From Patescibacteria group bacterium (lineage in GTDB: Bacteria > Patescibacteriota > Minisyncoccia > Phycocordibacterales > JAKFXT01): a stretch of DNA of 60,357 nt. The DNA lies in the NCBI GenBank assembly GCA_038063555.1, contig JBBTUX010000008.1, positions 1-60,357 of the forward strand, in the 5' to 3' direction. Positions 1-7,601 of this stretch are shown here, piece after piece. Every line of letters starts with the position of its first letter. Within the stretch, counting starts at the first letter, position 1. A model generated the notes under the pieces. That model did not search any database, was not told where the DNA came from, and saw only the letters and a list, made by a program, of their open reading frames with translations. The position numbers and the translations under genes are program-made.

Positions 1-256
1 GTTGCAGAGCCCCGATGCCCTCCGTGCCGTGCGCCTCGTAAAACGCGGCGTTCGGTTTGTAGGCGCACACGAGGTCCTTTGTCGCTTTCACGATCGCGCG
101 GTTGAACTTGACGACGGTGTTGGCGATGCTCACATCACATTCATTGCCGCCTACGTGCGCGGACTCGGGAATCTTCTTGAACTCGCTGTCGAGCCCCACG
201 CAGACGAAATTGCCACGAGACCACTGAGCTTCCAACATACGCCGGAAATGACGCAT
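1..256 (-). CDS. pyrF: orotidine 5'-phosphate decarboxylase, type 2 (first 85 codons; continues off the left edge)
   Basis: Own translation of the minus strand from ATG at 256: MRHFRRMLEAQWSRGNFVCVGLDSEFKKIPE...AYKPNAAFYEAHG. This matches the VGLD..KKIP and AYKPN.AFYE motifs of type-2 PyrF. GGAG lies 7 nt upstream of the ATG. GC-rich. Confidence 0.75.
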   Translation of the reverse strand, partial: MRHFRRMLEAQWSRGNFVCVGLDSEFKKIPESAHVGGNECDVSIANTVVKFNRAIVKATKDLVCAYKPNAAFYEAHGTEGIGALQ

Positions 257-344
257 CTTTACTCTCCTTATCCTTGTCAGTCGCGGGATGCGACCAACCT
301 AGAACTACTAGGCAAAACCCTATATGAAAAAAAAACAAAGTCAA

Positions 345-2594
345 TTATTTCGCCACCGCTAACGCTTCATCAAAGCGAACTGATAAAACTTTTGAAAATC
401 CATCACCTCCCATGGTAACCCCGTAGAGAATCCCAGCCCGACCCATAGTCTCCCTGTTATGAGTTATCAAAATTAATTGTGAATGTTTAGATAATTCTTC
501 AATCATGTCTCCGTACTTGCGAGAATTAGCTTCATCAAGCGCGGCGTCTGTCTCATCAAGTATGATAAATGGCGGTGGATTCACTTGAGAAATAGCAAAA
601 AGTAGAGCAATTGAAGTTAGCGCTCGCTCACCCCCTGAAAGCATTGACAATCCTTTTATTCTTTTATTGGGAAGTGATACTGAAACATCAATCCCCTCTT
701 CTAACTCTTCTCCTACAACCTCTGCGGTTTCATCTTCTAACTCCAAATCAAAATCCGACTTACGACGGCGACGTTCTGGTTTAATTGTAAATAAAGAAGC
801 CTTTCCTCCACCAAACATCAATTCAAAAAATTCTTGAAATGCTTTATTTATTTTTTCTATACCAATTTTAAATTCATTTTCTAACTTTTCTGTTAATTCT
901 AATATTAATCCATCTAAAGTTTCTGCTGATTTTTCTAAATCATTTATTTCTTTTTCTAAAAATTTATCACGACTAACCACCTCTTCAAATTCTTTTTTCA
1001 CATCTTCACCTCCTCCAGCGCCGGCTTCCTCCAAACGGATTTTCATCCTTTCTATCTTCTTTCTTTTTTCTTCTTGTTCTTCCCTTTTTATAACTGAAGT
1101 TTTGTCATCTGTTTTATAATGCAATGCTGAAAGTCCGAGTAGGGCTTGTGCTTCTTGTAATTCGTTTTTAAAAGCAGATTCATCACGTAAAAGTTCATTG
1201 CTTCTAGCTTGAAAAGAAAATAGTTTTTGATTAAGCTCACTTCTTTTTTGCATTAAGACAAAAAGCTCACGCTCCGCTACTCGTCCACGTACATTTTCCT
1301 CTTCGTACTTAGATCTAAAGAGTTGATATTCTTCTTTTATTTTTTTAACAGCAATCTCCGACTTGTTTAAAATCTCTATTAATTCATTTTTCTTTTTATT
1401 AAGACGCCCGATTTCATTTTTAATTTCGGTAATAGAATTATCGCTTCCGCCTGATTCTTTTTTATCCTTAATAAACTCATTAAATTTAAACACTATTTCC
1501 TCAATTATGTTTTTAATAAAAGAAATTGTATCGTTATTTTTAGCCGTTTTTGCGACATTTTCCAAATTTTTACCTAACTCCTCCAATTCACTTATTGGAA
1601 CAGAGATATTTAAATTACCCTTAGCATTTCCAACGCTTCTCTCTAACAATCTCTCTTCCGCCAAAAGTTCTCCTTCAGTACGACTTAAATTATTTCTACT
1701 TTCATTTTCTTCTTTTTCCAATCTCTGTAAATCTCTTTCAATGCGCAGAAGGTCATCTCTCTTTTCTTCTTCTTTTTCCGATTTCTCTATAATTATTTTA
1801 TATTCTTCAATTTTTTTTTCAACAATTTTTAATTCATGCTCTGGTTCACTTTTTTCATTTTTTATTTTCTCTTTCGTTAAATGTAAATATTTTTCTTCGT
1901 TTGCAAGATAATCTTGATAATGATTAAAAAGTTCTTCGCGTAAATCTTCTGCTTTGCGCACCTTTTCAACCTGCTTTTCAAGAAATTTTATATGCGGCGT
2001 TATTTCCTTACGCAAACCCTCAACTTGTTTTATATTATCTTTAGTTTTTTCTAATTTTCTCTGACTTTCTTCTCTTTTATATTGATATATTTTTAAACCT
2101 AAAGCATCTTCTATCATATTTCGCTTTTCTTTTATGGATGCGCTCAAAATTCTATCCGCTTCGCCTTGTGAAATTATGTGATGCCCTGTGACGCCGATAT
2201 TGGCTGAGGACAAAAATTCCATTATATCTTTTAAGCGTACATGCGAACCATTTATAAAATACTCATTTACTCCATCTCTGTGCACCACTCTCTCAAGAGT
2301 TACTTCATCAAAATCTATATTAAAAATTTTTTTAATATTATCAAAGGTAAGTTTTACTCCCGCCCTATTCATCTTCGAAGCTGACTTTGAACCATTCCAA
2401 ATCAAATCTTCCCCGCGTTTTCCGCGCATTGACTTCATTGACTGCTCTCCTAAAACAAAACGAAATCCTTCAGCCACATTACTTTTTCCTGAACCATTTG
2501 GTCCGACGATTCCTGTAATTGGGACGTCAAAAGCGAAATTTGCCTTTTTAGCAAATGATTTAAATCCGTTTAATTCTAGAGATTTTAGATACAT
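345..2594 (-). CDS. smc: SMC-family chromosome segregation ATPase, unusually short (749 aa), no recognisable hinge
   Basis: N-terminus MYLKSLELNGFKSFAKK..GPNGSGKSN (Walker A), C-terminal LSGGE signature and ILDETDAALD (Walker B), K/E-rich coiled coil between them. Confidence 0.85.
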   Translation of the reverse strand: MYLKSLELNGFKSFAKKANFAFDVPITGIVGPNGSGKSNVAEGFRFVLGEQSMKSMRGKRGEDLIWNGSKSASKMNRAGVKLTFDNIKKIFNIDFDEVTLERVVHRDGVNEYFINGSHVRLKDIMEFLSSANIGVTGHHIISQGEADRILSASIKEKRNMIEDALGLKIYQYKREESQRKLEKTKDNIKQVEGLRKEITPHIKFLEKQVEKVRKAEDLREELFNHYQDYLANEEKYLHLTKEKIKNEKSEPEHELKIVEKKIEEYKIIIEKSEKEEEKRDDLLRIERDLQRLEKEENESRNNLSRTEGELLAEERLLERSVGNAKGNLNISVPISELEELGKNLENVAKTAKNNDTISFIKNIIEEIVFKFNEFIKDKKESGGSDNSITEIKNEIGRLNKKKNELIEILNKSEIAVKKIKEEYQLFRSKYEEENVRGRVAERELFVLMQKRSELNQKLFSFQARSNELLRDESAFKNELQEAQALLGLSALHYKTDDKTSVIKREEQEEKRKKIERMKIRLEEAGAGGGEDVKKEFEEVVSRDKFLEKEINDLEKSAETLDGLILELTEKLENEFKIGIEKINKAFQEFFELMFGGGKASLFTIKPERRRRKSDFDLELEDETAEVVGEELEEGIDVSVSLPNKRIKGLSMLSGGERALTSIALLFAISQVNPPPFIILDETDAALDEANSRKYGDMIEELSKHSQLILITHNRETMGRAGILYGVTMGGDGFSKVLSVRFDEALAVAK

Positions 2595-2605
2595 CCAATT
2601 AGAGA
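2543..2605. repeat. direct repeat copy 1 (covers smc start codon plus first 17 codons plus 11 nt of leader)
   Basis: 60/63 identical to 3309-3371 (mismatches at 2571, 2597, 2604). Confidence 0.9.
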
Positions 2606-2735
2606 TAGGGTAACAAAAAAAACTATATATCTCGCGAGCTAGACGCGAGCTACCTGATTATCGCATGTAAGTTCAACCATAATTCGTTAATTATAATATA
2701 TTGTGTCCGAAATTTCTAACAGAAACACGCAATAT

Positions 2736-2966
2736 TTAGTTCTTTCTTATCACTTTCAAATACTCGCTAGTTGAAATATTAAGGGTGCGCAGATTATTAC
2801 GAATAATAAATACTGGCAATTCTTTGTCTCGCGGCAAAACAATTGGCCGATTCAAACCTTTTTTAGAATAAATTCTGTGGTCGCCTTCTTCTCGCAAAAA
2901 AATGCAACCAATTTCTAAAAGAAATATCTCAAACTTTTTCCAATGCACCGGTGCAAGATGCGGCAT
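2736..2966 (-). CDS. hicA: HicA-like mRNA interferase toxin
   Basis: 76 aa with ..REEGDHRIYSKKGLNRPIVLPRDKELPVFIIRNNLR.., the YcfA/HicA pattern (G[SD]H .. vP.h). Lies 9 nt downstream of the hicB-like gene. Confidence 0.6.
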   Translation of the reverse strand: MPHLAPVHWKKFEIFLLEIGCIFLREEGDHRIYSKKGLNRPIVLPRDKELPVFIIRNNLRTLNISTSEYLKVIRKN

Positions 2967-2974
2967 AAAAAAGT

Positions 2975-3250
2975 TTAAACAAGGACTGGAACGGGAACCC
3001 TTTCACTTCCTTGCTTCACCAAAACGGGCGGGTTCCACTCTTTTTTCTTTTTTTGCCAACCAAGCGAGAAAAGGACTTCATCAAGCGTCCCACGACGACT
3101 AATTTCTTGCAAGAAAATAGACGACGCTTCAATAAAATTTTTCTTGGCTTCGGCGATTGTTTTGCCAGAAGTTGAAAGATCTAACGCCGGAGTATAGGCA
3201 ACGTAACGATTTTTTTCCTTCAAAAATAGAACTGGTAGAACGTAATTCAT
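2975..3250 (-). CDS. hicB: HicB-like antitoxin (UPF0150 fold)
   Basis: 91 aa with ..YVAYTPALDLSTSGKTIAEAKKNFIEA.., typical of the HicB N-terminal domain. Paired with the hicA-like gene. Confidence 0.6.
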   Translation of the reverse strand: MNYVLPVLFLKEKNRYVAYTPALDLSTSGKTIAEAKKNFIEASSIFLQEISRRGTLDEVLFSLGWQKKKKEWNPPVLVKQGSERVPVPVLV

Positions 3251-3291
3251 ATTTTACAGATTACACCATTTTAGAAACATTCTCAAGCATA

Positions 3292-3360
3292 TTAAAACTC
3301 CAAACTCCCCTTTTTAGCAAATGATTTAAATCCGTTCAATTCTAGAGATTTTAGATACAT
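3292..3360 (-). pseudogene. ghost 5' fragment of smc (MYLKSLELNGFKSFAKKG then SLEF stop) left upstream of the cassette
   Basis: Own translation from ATG at 3360. The first 18 codons equal the smc N-terminus and the fragment retains the upstream leader module. Confidence 0.7.
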
Positions 3361-3371
3361 CCCATTAGAAA
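3309..3371. repeat. direct repeat copy 2 of the smc 5' end
   Basis: 60/63 identical to 2543-2605. Confidence 0.9.
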
Positions 3372-3490
3372 GCTTCTCGCGCAATTCTAAGCACGTTTTG
3401 CTTTTGGTTAACTATGTTCCGACTATTTTTCATATTGTTTTATATAACTATATAACTATTCGTCGTAGCAGTTTCTAACGGGATAAATAT
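3361..3490 (-). repeat. promoter/leader module copy A with inverted termini CCCATTAGAAAG ... TTTCTAACGGGA
   Basis: Shares both termini, GCTACGACG, a TATATA box and CTTTCTAATGGGATG (including the start codon) with 49883-50023. Confidence 0.6.
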
Positions 3491-3543
3491 ATACAAAAGG
3501 CAGTATAGCAAAAAACCCTTATTTTGAGAGATAATTTAACCAC

Positions 3544-3573
3544 TTGACAAATAATAGATATATATGATATAAT
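3544..3573 (+). promoter_or_regulatory. near-consensus sigma70-type promoter
   Basis: TTGACA (3544-3549), 18-nt spacer, TGaTATAAT (TATAAT at 3568-3573). Confidence 0.7.
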
Positions 3574-3579
3574 TAAGAA

Positions 3580-3759
3580 CGAGACGAGGAAAGCGGCGAC
3601 ACAAGAGAAAAAGAAGCGCTGGCAGATTGGGACGAGGTGAACAATAACCGTCTCGAGCAACGCATTATCGCTCGCCACGGTCGCCGTCCCGTAATCGCTT
3701 GATCATCTGTCTTCCTTTTGCAACACCCCCCCCCGCCTCGTGCGGGGGTTTTCGTTTTT
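3580..3759 (+). ncRNA. candidate ~180-nt small RNA of unknown class
   Basis: Sits between the consensus promoter and an intrinsic terminator. GC-rich, contains no ATG, and has internal complementarity (GCGGCGAC/GTCGCCGT, GAGACG/CGTCTC). Confidence 0.5.
3726..3759 (+). terminator. intrinsic terminator
   Basis: CCCCCGC-ctcgt-GCGGGGG followed by TTTTCGTTTTT. Confidence 0.75.
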
Positions 3760-3774
3760 AAATTTAGAAATTTT

Positions 3775-3897
3775 TAGCATAGTAAAATCGATAAGATGCG
3801 CGGCGCGGGTAGGACCAATTTCTGGAGACGTATACAAATACGGCGTAAGAAATTAGCGGGCACCCGCAACAAAGCAGATTACGATTTTACTATGCTA
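3775..3897. repeat. 16-bp perfect inverted repeat (TAGCATAGTAAAATCG) enclosing 91 nt of GC-rich sequence, overlapping the rnc stop codon
   Basis: Arms at 3775-3790 and 3882-3897. The interior has the GCGGGcaCCCGC hairpin. Confidence 0.7.
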
Positions 3898-4588
3898 GCC
3901 AACCTTTTTTTTCTAATGCTCTTTTTGCCGCATCCTGCTCTGCTTCTTGTTTACTCCTCCCCTCACCCCCAGCTACAAGCTCATTCCCCAAATAAATCCC
4001 CACTTTAAAACATTTGTCATGATCAGGTCCCACTTCTTCCAATGTTTTATAACTTGGTGTAATTCCCGCGCGTTCCTGTGCTTGCTCCTGAAAATGACTT
4101 TTTTTATCAAGCCATGTTTTTTCTGCCACAATTTTATCAGTTAAAGGAAAAACGTATCTTGCGATAAATTTTGTTGCCAAATCATATCCTTGATCAAGGT
4201 AAATTGCTCCAACCACTGATTCAAAAGTGTTTGCTAAGATTGAGTCGCGAGCACGCCCCTTATCTTTAGCTTCTCCTTTAGAAAGAAGTAGAAATTCTTC
4301 CACGCCAAGATTTTTAGAAACCTCTGACAAAGTAACCGCATTCACCAAAGCTGCCCTGTAAGCTGTTAAATCTCCTTCATTGGCTTTGGGATATTTTTCA
4401 AATAAAAATTTAGTAATCACTAATTCCAAAACAGCGTCTCCCAAAAATTCTAGACGTTCATTATGATTTGAGGTGTTTCCTTTGTGTTCATTCAAATAAG
4501 ATCGGTGCGTAAAGGCCTCCTTTAGCAATTTTTTATCGCTAAAAGTTATGCCAATTTTTCCTTCGAATTGTTCAAATTTTGGTAACAT
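3890..4588 (-). CDS. rnc: ribonuclease III
   Basis: HRSY..NERLEFLGDAVLE signature followed by a C-terminal dsRBD (..GEGRSKQEAEQDAAKRAL). Confidence 0.9.
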   Translation of the reverse strand: MLPKFEQFEGKIGITFSDKKLLKEAFTHRSYLNEHKGNTSNHNERLEFLGDAVLELVITKFLFEKYPKANEGDLTAYRAALVNAVTLSEVSKNLGVEEFLLLSKGEAKDKGRARDSILANTFESVVGAIYLDQGYDLATKFIARYVFPLTDKIVAEKTWLDKKSHFQEQAQERAGITPSYKTLEEVGPDHDKCFKVGIYLGNELVAGGEGRSKQEAEQDAAKRALEKKGWLA

Positions 4589-4689
4589 GTTTTGAAAAGA
4601 GTTATGAGTTACGAGGTGTGAGTTATGATTTTTTAAAATTTTTTAATTCCTGGCTCGTAACTCTTATCTCATAACTCGCCGTCGATATT

Positions 4690-5586
4690 TTACTTTTTCA
4701 GTAAAATATCGACGGCCTTGGTTACAATTGGCAAAATATCATCATACAAATTAAGCTCAATCACTTCCTTTAATTTAAACCACTTAGCATCGTCCAATCC
4801 CCCACTTTCCCCCAGATGTAACTCCCCGTAAGGAGATTTTGCCAAAAAATACATTACCTGCTTTCGAATTTTGCCGTTTTCTGGGTCATTGGCAATGTAT
4901 TCATTCATAGAAAGTTCTTTTTCTATTGCTATATCAAGTCCAATCTCCTCTTTAATTTTACTCTTAGTTCCATCTTCAATTTTTTTATCTTTCTCTATCT
5001 TACCCTTAGAAAGAGTCCAGTGTCCGAAAATATCGTGTACAAAAGCTAAATATATTTCCCCTTTATGTTTAGCGTAGACCACCGCTCCGCCCAATTTCTG
5101 AATAGGCATATTTTCGTAAGGAACATTAGGGATTTTCTTTTTTTTAGAAACCTCATCTTTTCCCGGCTCCCCAATTTCCTTATATACCGCGCCCAATACA
5201 CCGTTGACAAACTTACCGGAATTTTCTCCACCATAAGTTTTGGCAAGTTCAATCGCCTCATTGATTGCAACCTTAGCCGGCACTTCTTTCCTATCGGCAA
5301 AAAGAAGTTCATACAGGCCAATCCGTAGAACATTTCTATCAATGGTAGATATTCTATCAAGTGGCCAATCTGGCGCCGCTTTTTCTATAATTTTATCAAT
5401 TTCGTTTCTTTTTTTGAGCACGGTTTCACCAAGATTCTTCATAAATGAAAAATCACTCATGCCGGGAGCAAACTCCTCAGCATTACGTTTAATTACATTT
5501 ACCAAATCTTTATCCGCGCGACCCATAAAATCCCACTCAAAAAGTGATTGGAGGACAATTGACCTAGAAAGATGCCTATTTGCCAT
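4690..5586 (-). CDS. nusB: NusB antitermination factor fused to a C-terminal Nudix-fold domain
   Basis: N-terminal ~140 aa are NusB-like (..RSIVLQSLFEWDF.., INEAIELAKTYGGENSGKFVNGVLG). C-terminal ~130 aa carry a degenerate Nudix box GKIEKDKKIEDGTKSKIKEEIGL. Confidence 0.75.
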   Translation of the reverse strand: MANRHLSRSIVLQSLFEWDFMGRADKDLVNVIKRNAEEFAPGMSDFSFMKNLGETVLKKRNEIDKIIEKAAPDWPLDRISTIDRNVLRIGLYELLFADRKEVPAKVAINEAIELAKTYGGENSGKFVNGVLGAVYKEIGEPGKDEVSKKKKIPNVPYENMPIQKLGGAVVYAKHKGEIYLAFVHDIFGHWTLSKGKIEKDKKIEDGTKSKIKEEIGLDIAIEKELSMNEYIANDPENGKIRKQVMYFLAKSPYGELHLGESGGLDDAKWFKLKEVIELNLYDDILPIVTKAVDILLKK

Positions 5587-5705
5587 TTTTATGTAATGAA
5601 CTTAGAGAGAAACCCAATATACTGAACACGATACAACTAATACTGAATACAGTGTACTGAATTTCACTATTTTGATTTACCCGCCAAAATTTTGCTACGC
5701 AAAAC

Positions 5706-5939
5706 TTAGGCGGGCGAGCCCACCTCTGCCTTCTCTTTGGCTTTAGAGGCCTTCTTTGAGACCGCCTTAACCATATCAATGACTACTCTGCCATTGTATT
5801 TGCCACAACTTGTGCAAACACGATGAGGAATATGCACAGCGCCACAATCGGCGCATTTTGAAAAACGCGCGCCTATTAGGGCGTGATGCGAGCGACGCTT
5901 TCTGGTCGCCGAACGATTTATCCTCATTCGAACAGTCAT
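5706..5939 (-). CDS. rpmF: 50S ribosomal protein L32
   Basis: ..RSATRKRRSHHAL.. followed by two CxxC pairs (C.DCG...HRVCTSCG.YNGR). Confidence 0.85.
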   Translation of the reverse strand: MTVRMRINRSATRKRRSHHALIGARFSKCADCGAVHIPHRVCTSCGKYNGRVVIDMVKAVSKKASKAKEKAEVGSPA

Positions 5940-6004
5940 AGAGGAGAGTATACAAAAATAGGGCTAATTTGCAAGAGTTTTCAAAAAATTTATAGAAAAT
6001 TTAA

Positions 6005-6040
6005 AAGGGCGCCCTCCTTATAGCGCCCTGTCTCTGTTGA
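6005..6040 (-). terminator. intrinsic terminator of the 6054-6332 gene
   Basis: On the minus strand, AGGGCGC-loop-GCGCCCT followed by TTTTAAATTTTC. Confidence 0.55.
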
Positions 6041-6053
6041 TGCTGATCGAAAC

Positions 6054-6332
6054 CTATATCGATGTCCCGAGTCGCCTCTCAAGAATTTGCTTGACCACTG
6101 CATCATCAAGAGGTTCTTGGCAATTCAGAACATAAAAAGCATTGGTGTGACCCCTTTCGCAACTCTGCCGATTGGGACACCCAACACAAAGCGATGGCGA
6201 TGCACCAAGCGAAGCCACCATTCCGGGCCTCAAAGCGCCGGGCACATCTTTTAATATTTCTCTCAAGCGCTCTGGTGTCCATATGGTTTGAGGGAGTGGC
6301 GATGACCAGCCCCCATTCAACAACGTCTGCAC
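6054..6332 (-). CDS. hypothetical small Cys-containing protein (93 codons, GTG start)
   Basis: GC-rich island. GGAG lies 6 nt upstream of GTG at 6332. The longer ORF-track start has no RBS. Confidence 0.45.
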   Translation of the reverse strand: MQTLLNGGWSSPLPQTIWTPERLREILKDVPGALRPGMVASLGASPSLCVGCPNRQSCERGHTNAFYVLNCQEPLDDAVVKQILERRLGTSI

Positions 6333-6500
6333 GTTAATCTCCTTTTTTCTGTGCAGGTTAAAGTATTGATACAGTTTCCCGTATCTCCGACCTTGGAAAG
6401 AACATCTTCCTCGGCTCCCTTTGTTCGTATAAACGACCAAAGGGAGCCGAAAAAATTAATACTGCCACTTTTAGATATCATTGTCAAAGGATATGTGAAA

Positions 6501-6526
6501 GGGCGGTGGAAAAACTCCCACCGCCC
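6501..6526. terminator. GC-rich hairpin between the two island-D ORFs
   Basis: GGGCGGTGG-8 nt-CCACCGCCC. Confidence 0.5.
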
Positions 6527-6552
6527 CTATTTACGTTTAGGTCCGCGACCAA

Positions 6553-6714
6553 TTACACGGCCTCGGCTCGAACCGTCTTTTCGCTTGGGATTGCCAACGC
6601 TTGAGCCACCTGATTGCGCATCAAGGCCCCGTGTTGAGCCAACCCATGAGGCGGCAGATCCGGAAGGCCGCATTCGCAAAGATCTGCAGGAAGAACTTTT
6701 CTTTCGTTTTGCAT
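6553..6714 (-). CDS. hypothetical 53-aa protein (below the ORF-track cutoff)
   Basis: Own translation: MQNERKVLPADLCECGLPDLPPHGLAQHGALMRNQVAQALAIPSEKTVRAEAV. GGGAG lies 8 nt upstream of ATG at 6714. Confidence 0.35.
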   Translation of the reverse strand: MQNERKVLPADLCECGLPDLPPHGLAQHGALMRNQVAQALAIPSEKTVRAEAV

Positions 6715-6844
6715 TACCTATACTCCCTCTATGTAACAAAAAAGAAAACGAGCGGCGACATGCCGTTCGTTGCTCCAAATTTAACACGACAGCGATTATA
6801 AGTCAATTATTTTTGTTCTCTTGTTCTTAAGAACAATAGAGTAA

Positions 6845-7459
6845 TTATCTTTGTTTTGGGCGTATGTTTTTACAAAAAGTTTTTCGGTGAATGGAGCTTA
6901 GTCCGTGTTTTTTTATTAAACTTATATGTTTTTTTGTGCCATAACCTTTGTTTATTTCAAATTCGTATTTAGTATGCTTTTTCGCCAATCTTTTCATCAA
7001 TTTGTCTCGGAAAACTTTGGCCACAATTGAAGCTAGAGCTATAAGCAAATTCTTTTCATCCCCTTTTATAATTGTCTTTTGATTTTTGAATCCTTTAGGG
7101 GCTTTCAGGGAACCGTCCAGAAGAATTTCACTATTTTTTGGATTTATTTTTAGTTTTTTCAGTCCCCGGGCAATCGCTTTTGCGATTGCCCGGGTAATAC
7201 CAAACTTATCAATATCTCTAACGCTTCCAAACATAACCGCAAATTCAATAATTTTTTCATTTTTTATTTTTTCAAAAATTTCCTCGCGCTTTTGGGGTGA
7301 AAGTTTTTTTGAATCTCTAAATCCCCTCCCTCTCTTCAAACCCCTAAAAATGTTAAACACCGAGTGTCTAACATTTTTAGGGATAGTAACGATTCCAATT
7401 GTAACGGGTCCTGCAAGAGGTCCTCTCCCCGCTTCATCTATTCCGACAATATATTTCAC
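6845..7459 (-). CDS. rnhB: ribonuclease HII
   Basis: N-terminus MKYIVGIDEAGRGPLAGPV. Confidence 0.9.
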   Translation of the reverse strand: MKYIVGIDEAGRGPLAGPVTIGIVTIPKNVRHSVFNIFRGLKRGRGFRDSKKLSPQKREEIFEKIKNEKIIEFAVMFGSVRDIDKFGITRAIAKAIARGLKKLKINPKNSEILLDGSLKAPKGFKNQKTIIKGDEKNLLIALASIVAKVFRDKLMKRLAKKHTKYEFEINKGYGTKKHISLIKKHGLSSIHRKTFCKNIRPKQR

Positions 7460-7601
7460 TTTTTAATTATACACAGGAGATTCCTTTCTTTTTAGGACAA
7501 AAAAGGATACTATTAAAAGTGGCTCGCTCTTTTCAGGCTTGGACAGCTGTCTTGAGCTAGCTCCAACCGCGTCAACTGACGCGCAACCCAAGGAGAAAGA
7601 C

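Larger units (their letters stand above)
2606..3308 (-). mobile_element. inserted hicB-hicA cassette bounded by the 63-bp direct repeats
   Basis: The segment between the two smc-5' repeat copies contains only the two TA genes. Confidence 0.5.

Noticed and set aside
2-418. 138-aa plus-strand ORF at the left edge
   Set aside because: It is antisense to a much better pyrF-like reading frame (VGLD..KKIP, AYKPNAAFYE) that has its own SD and ATG at 256. GC-rich DNA gives long spurious antisense ORFs.
1363-2613. Plus-strand ORFs (182 aa and 141 aa) inside smc
   Set aside because: These are low-complexity S/F/L-rich translations typical of the antisense strand of a K/E-rich coiled-coil gene.
5046-5596. 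Several ORFs (104, 87 and 118 aa) overlapping nusB-Nudix
   Set aside because: They are alternate or antisense frames within a well-supported CDS.
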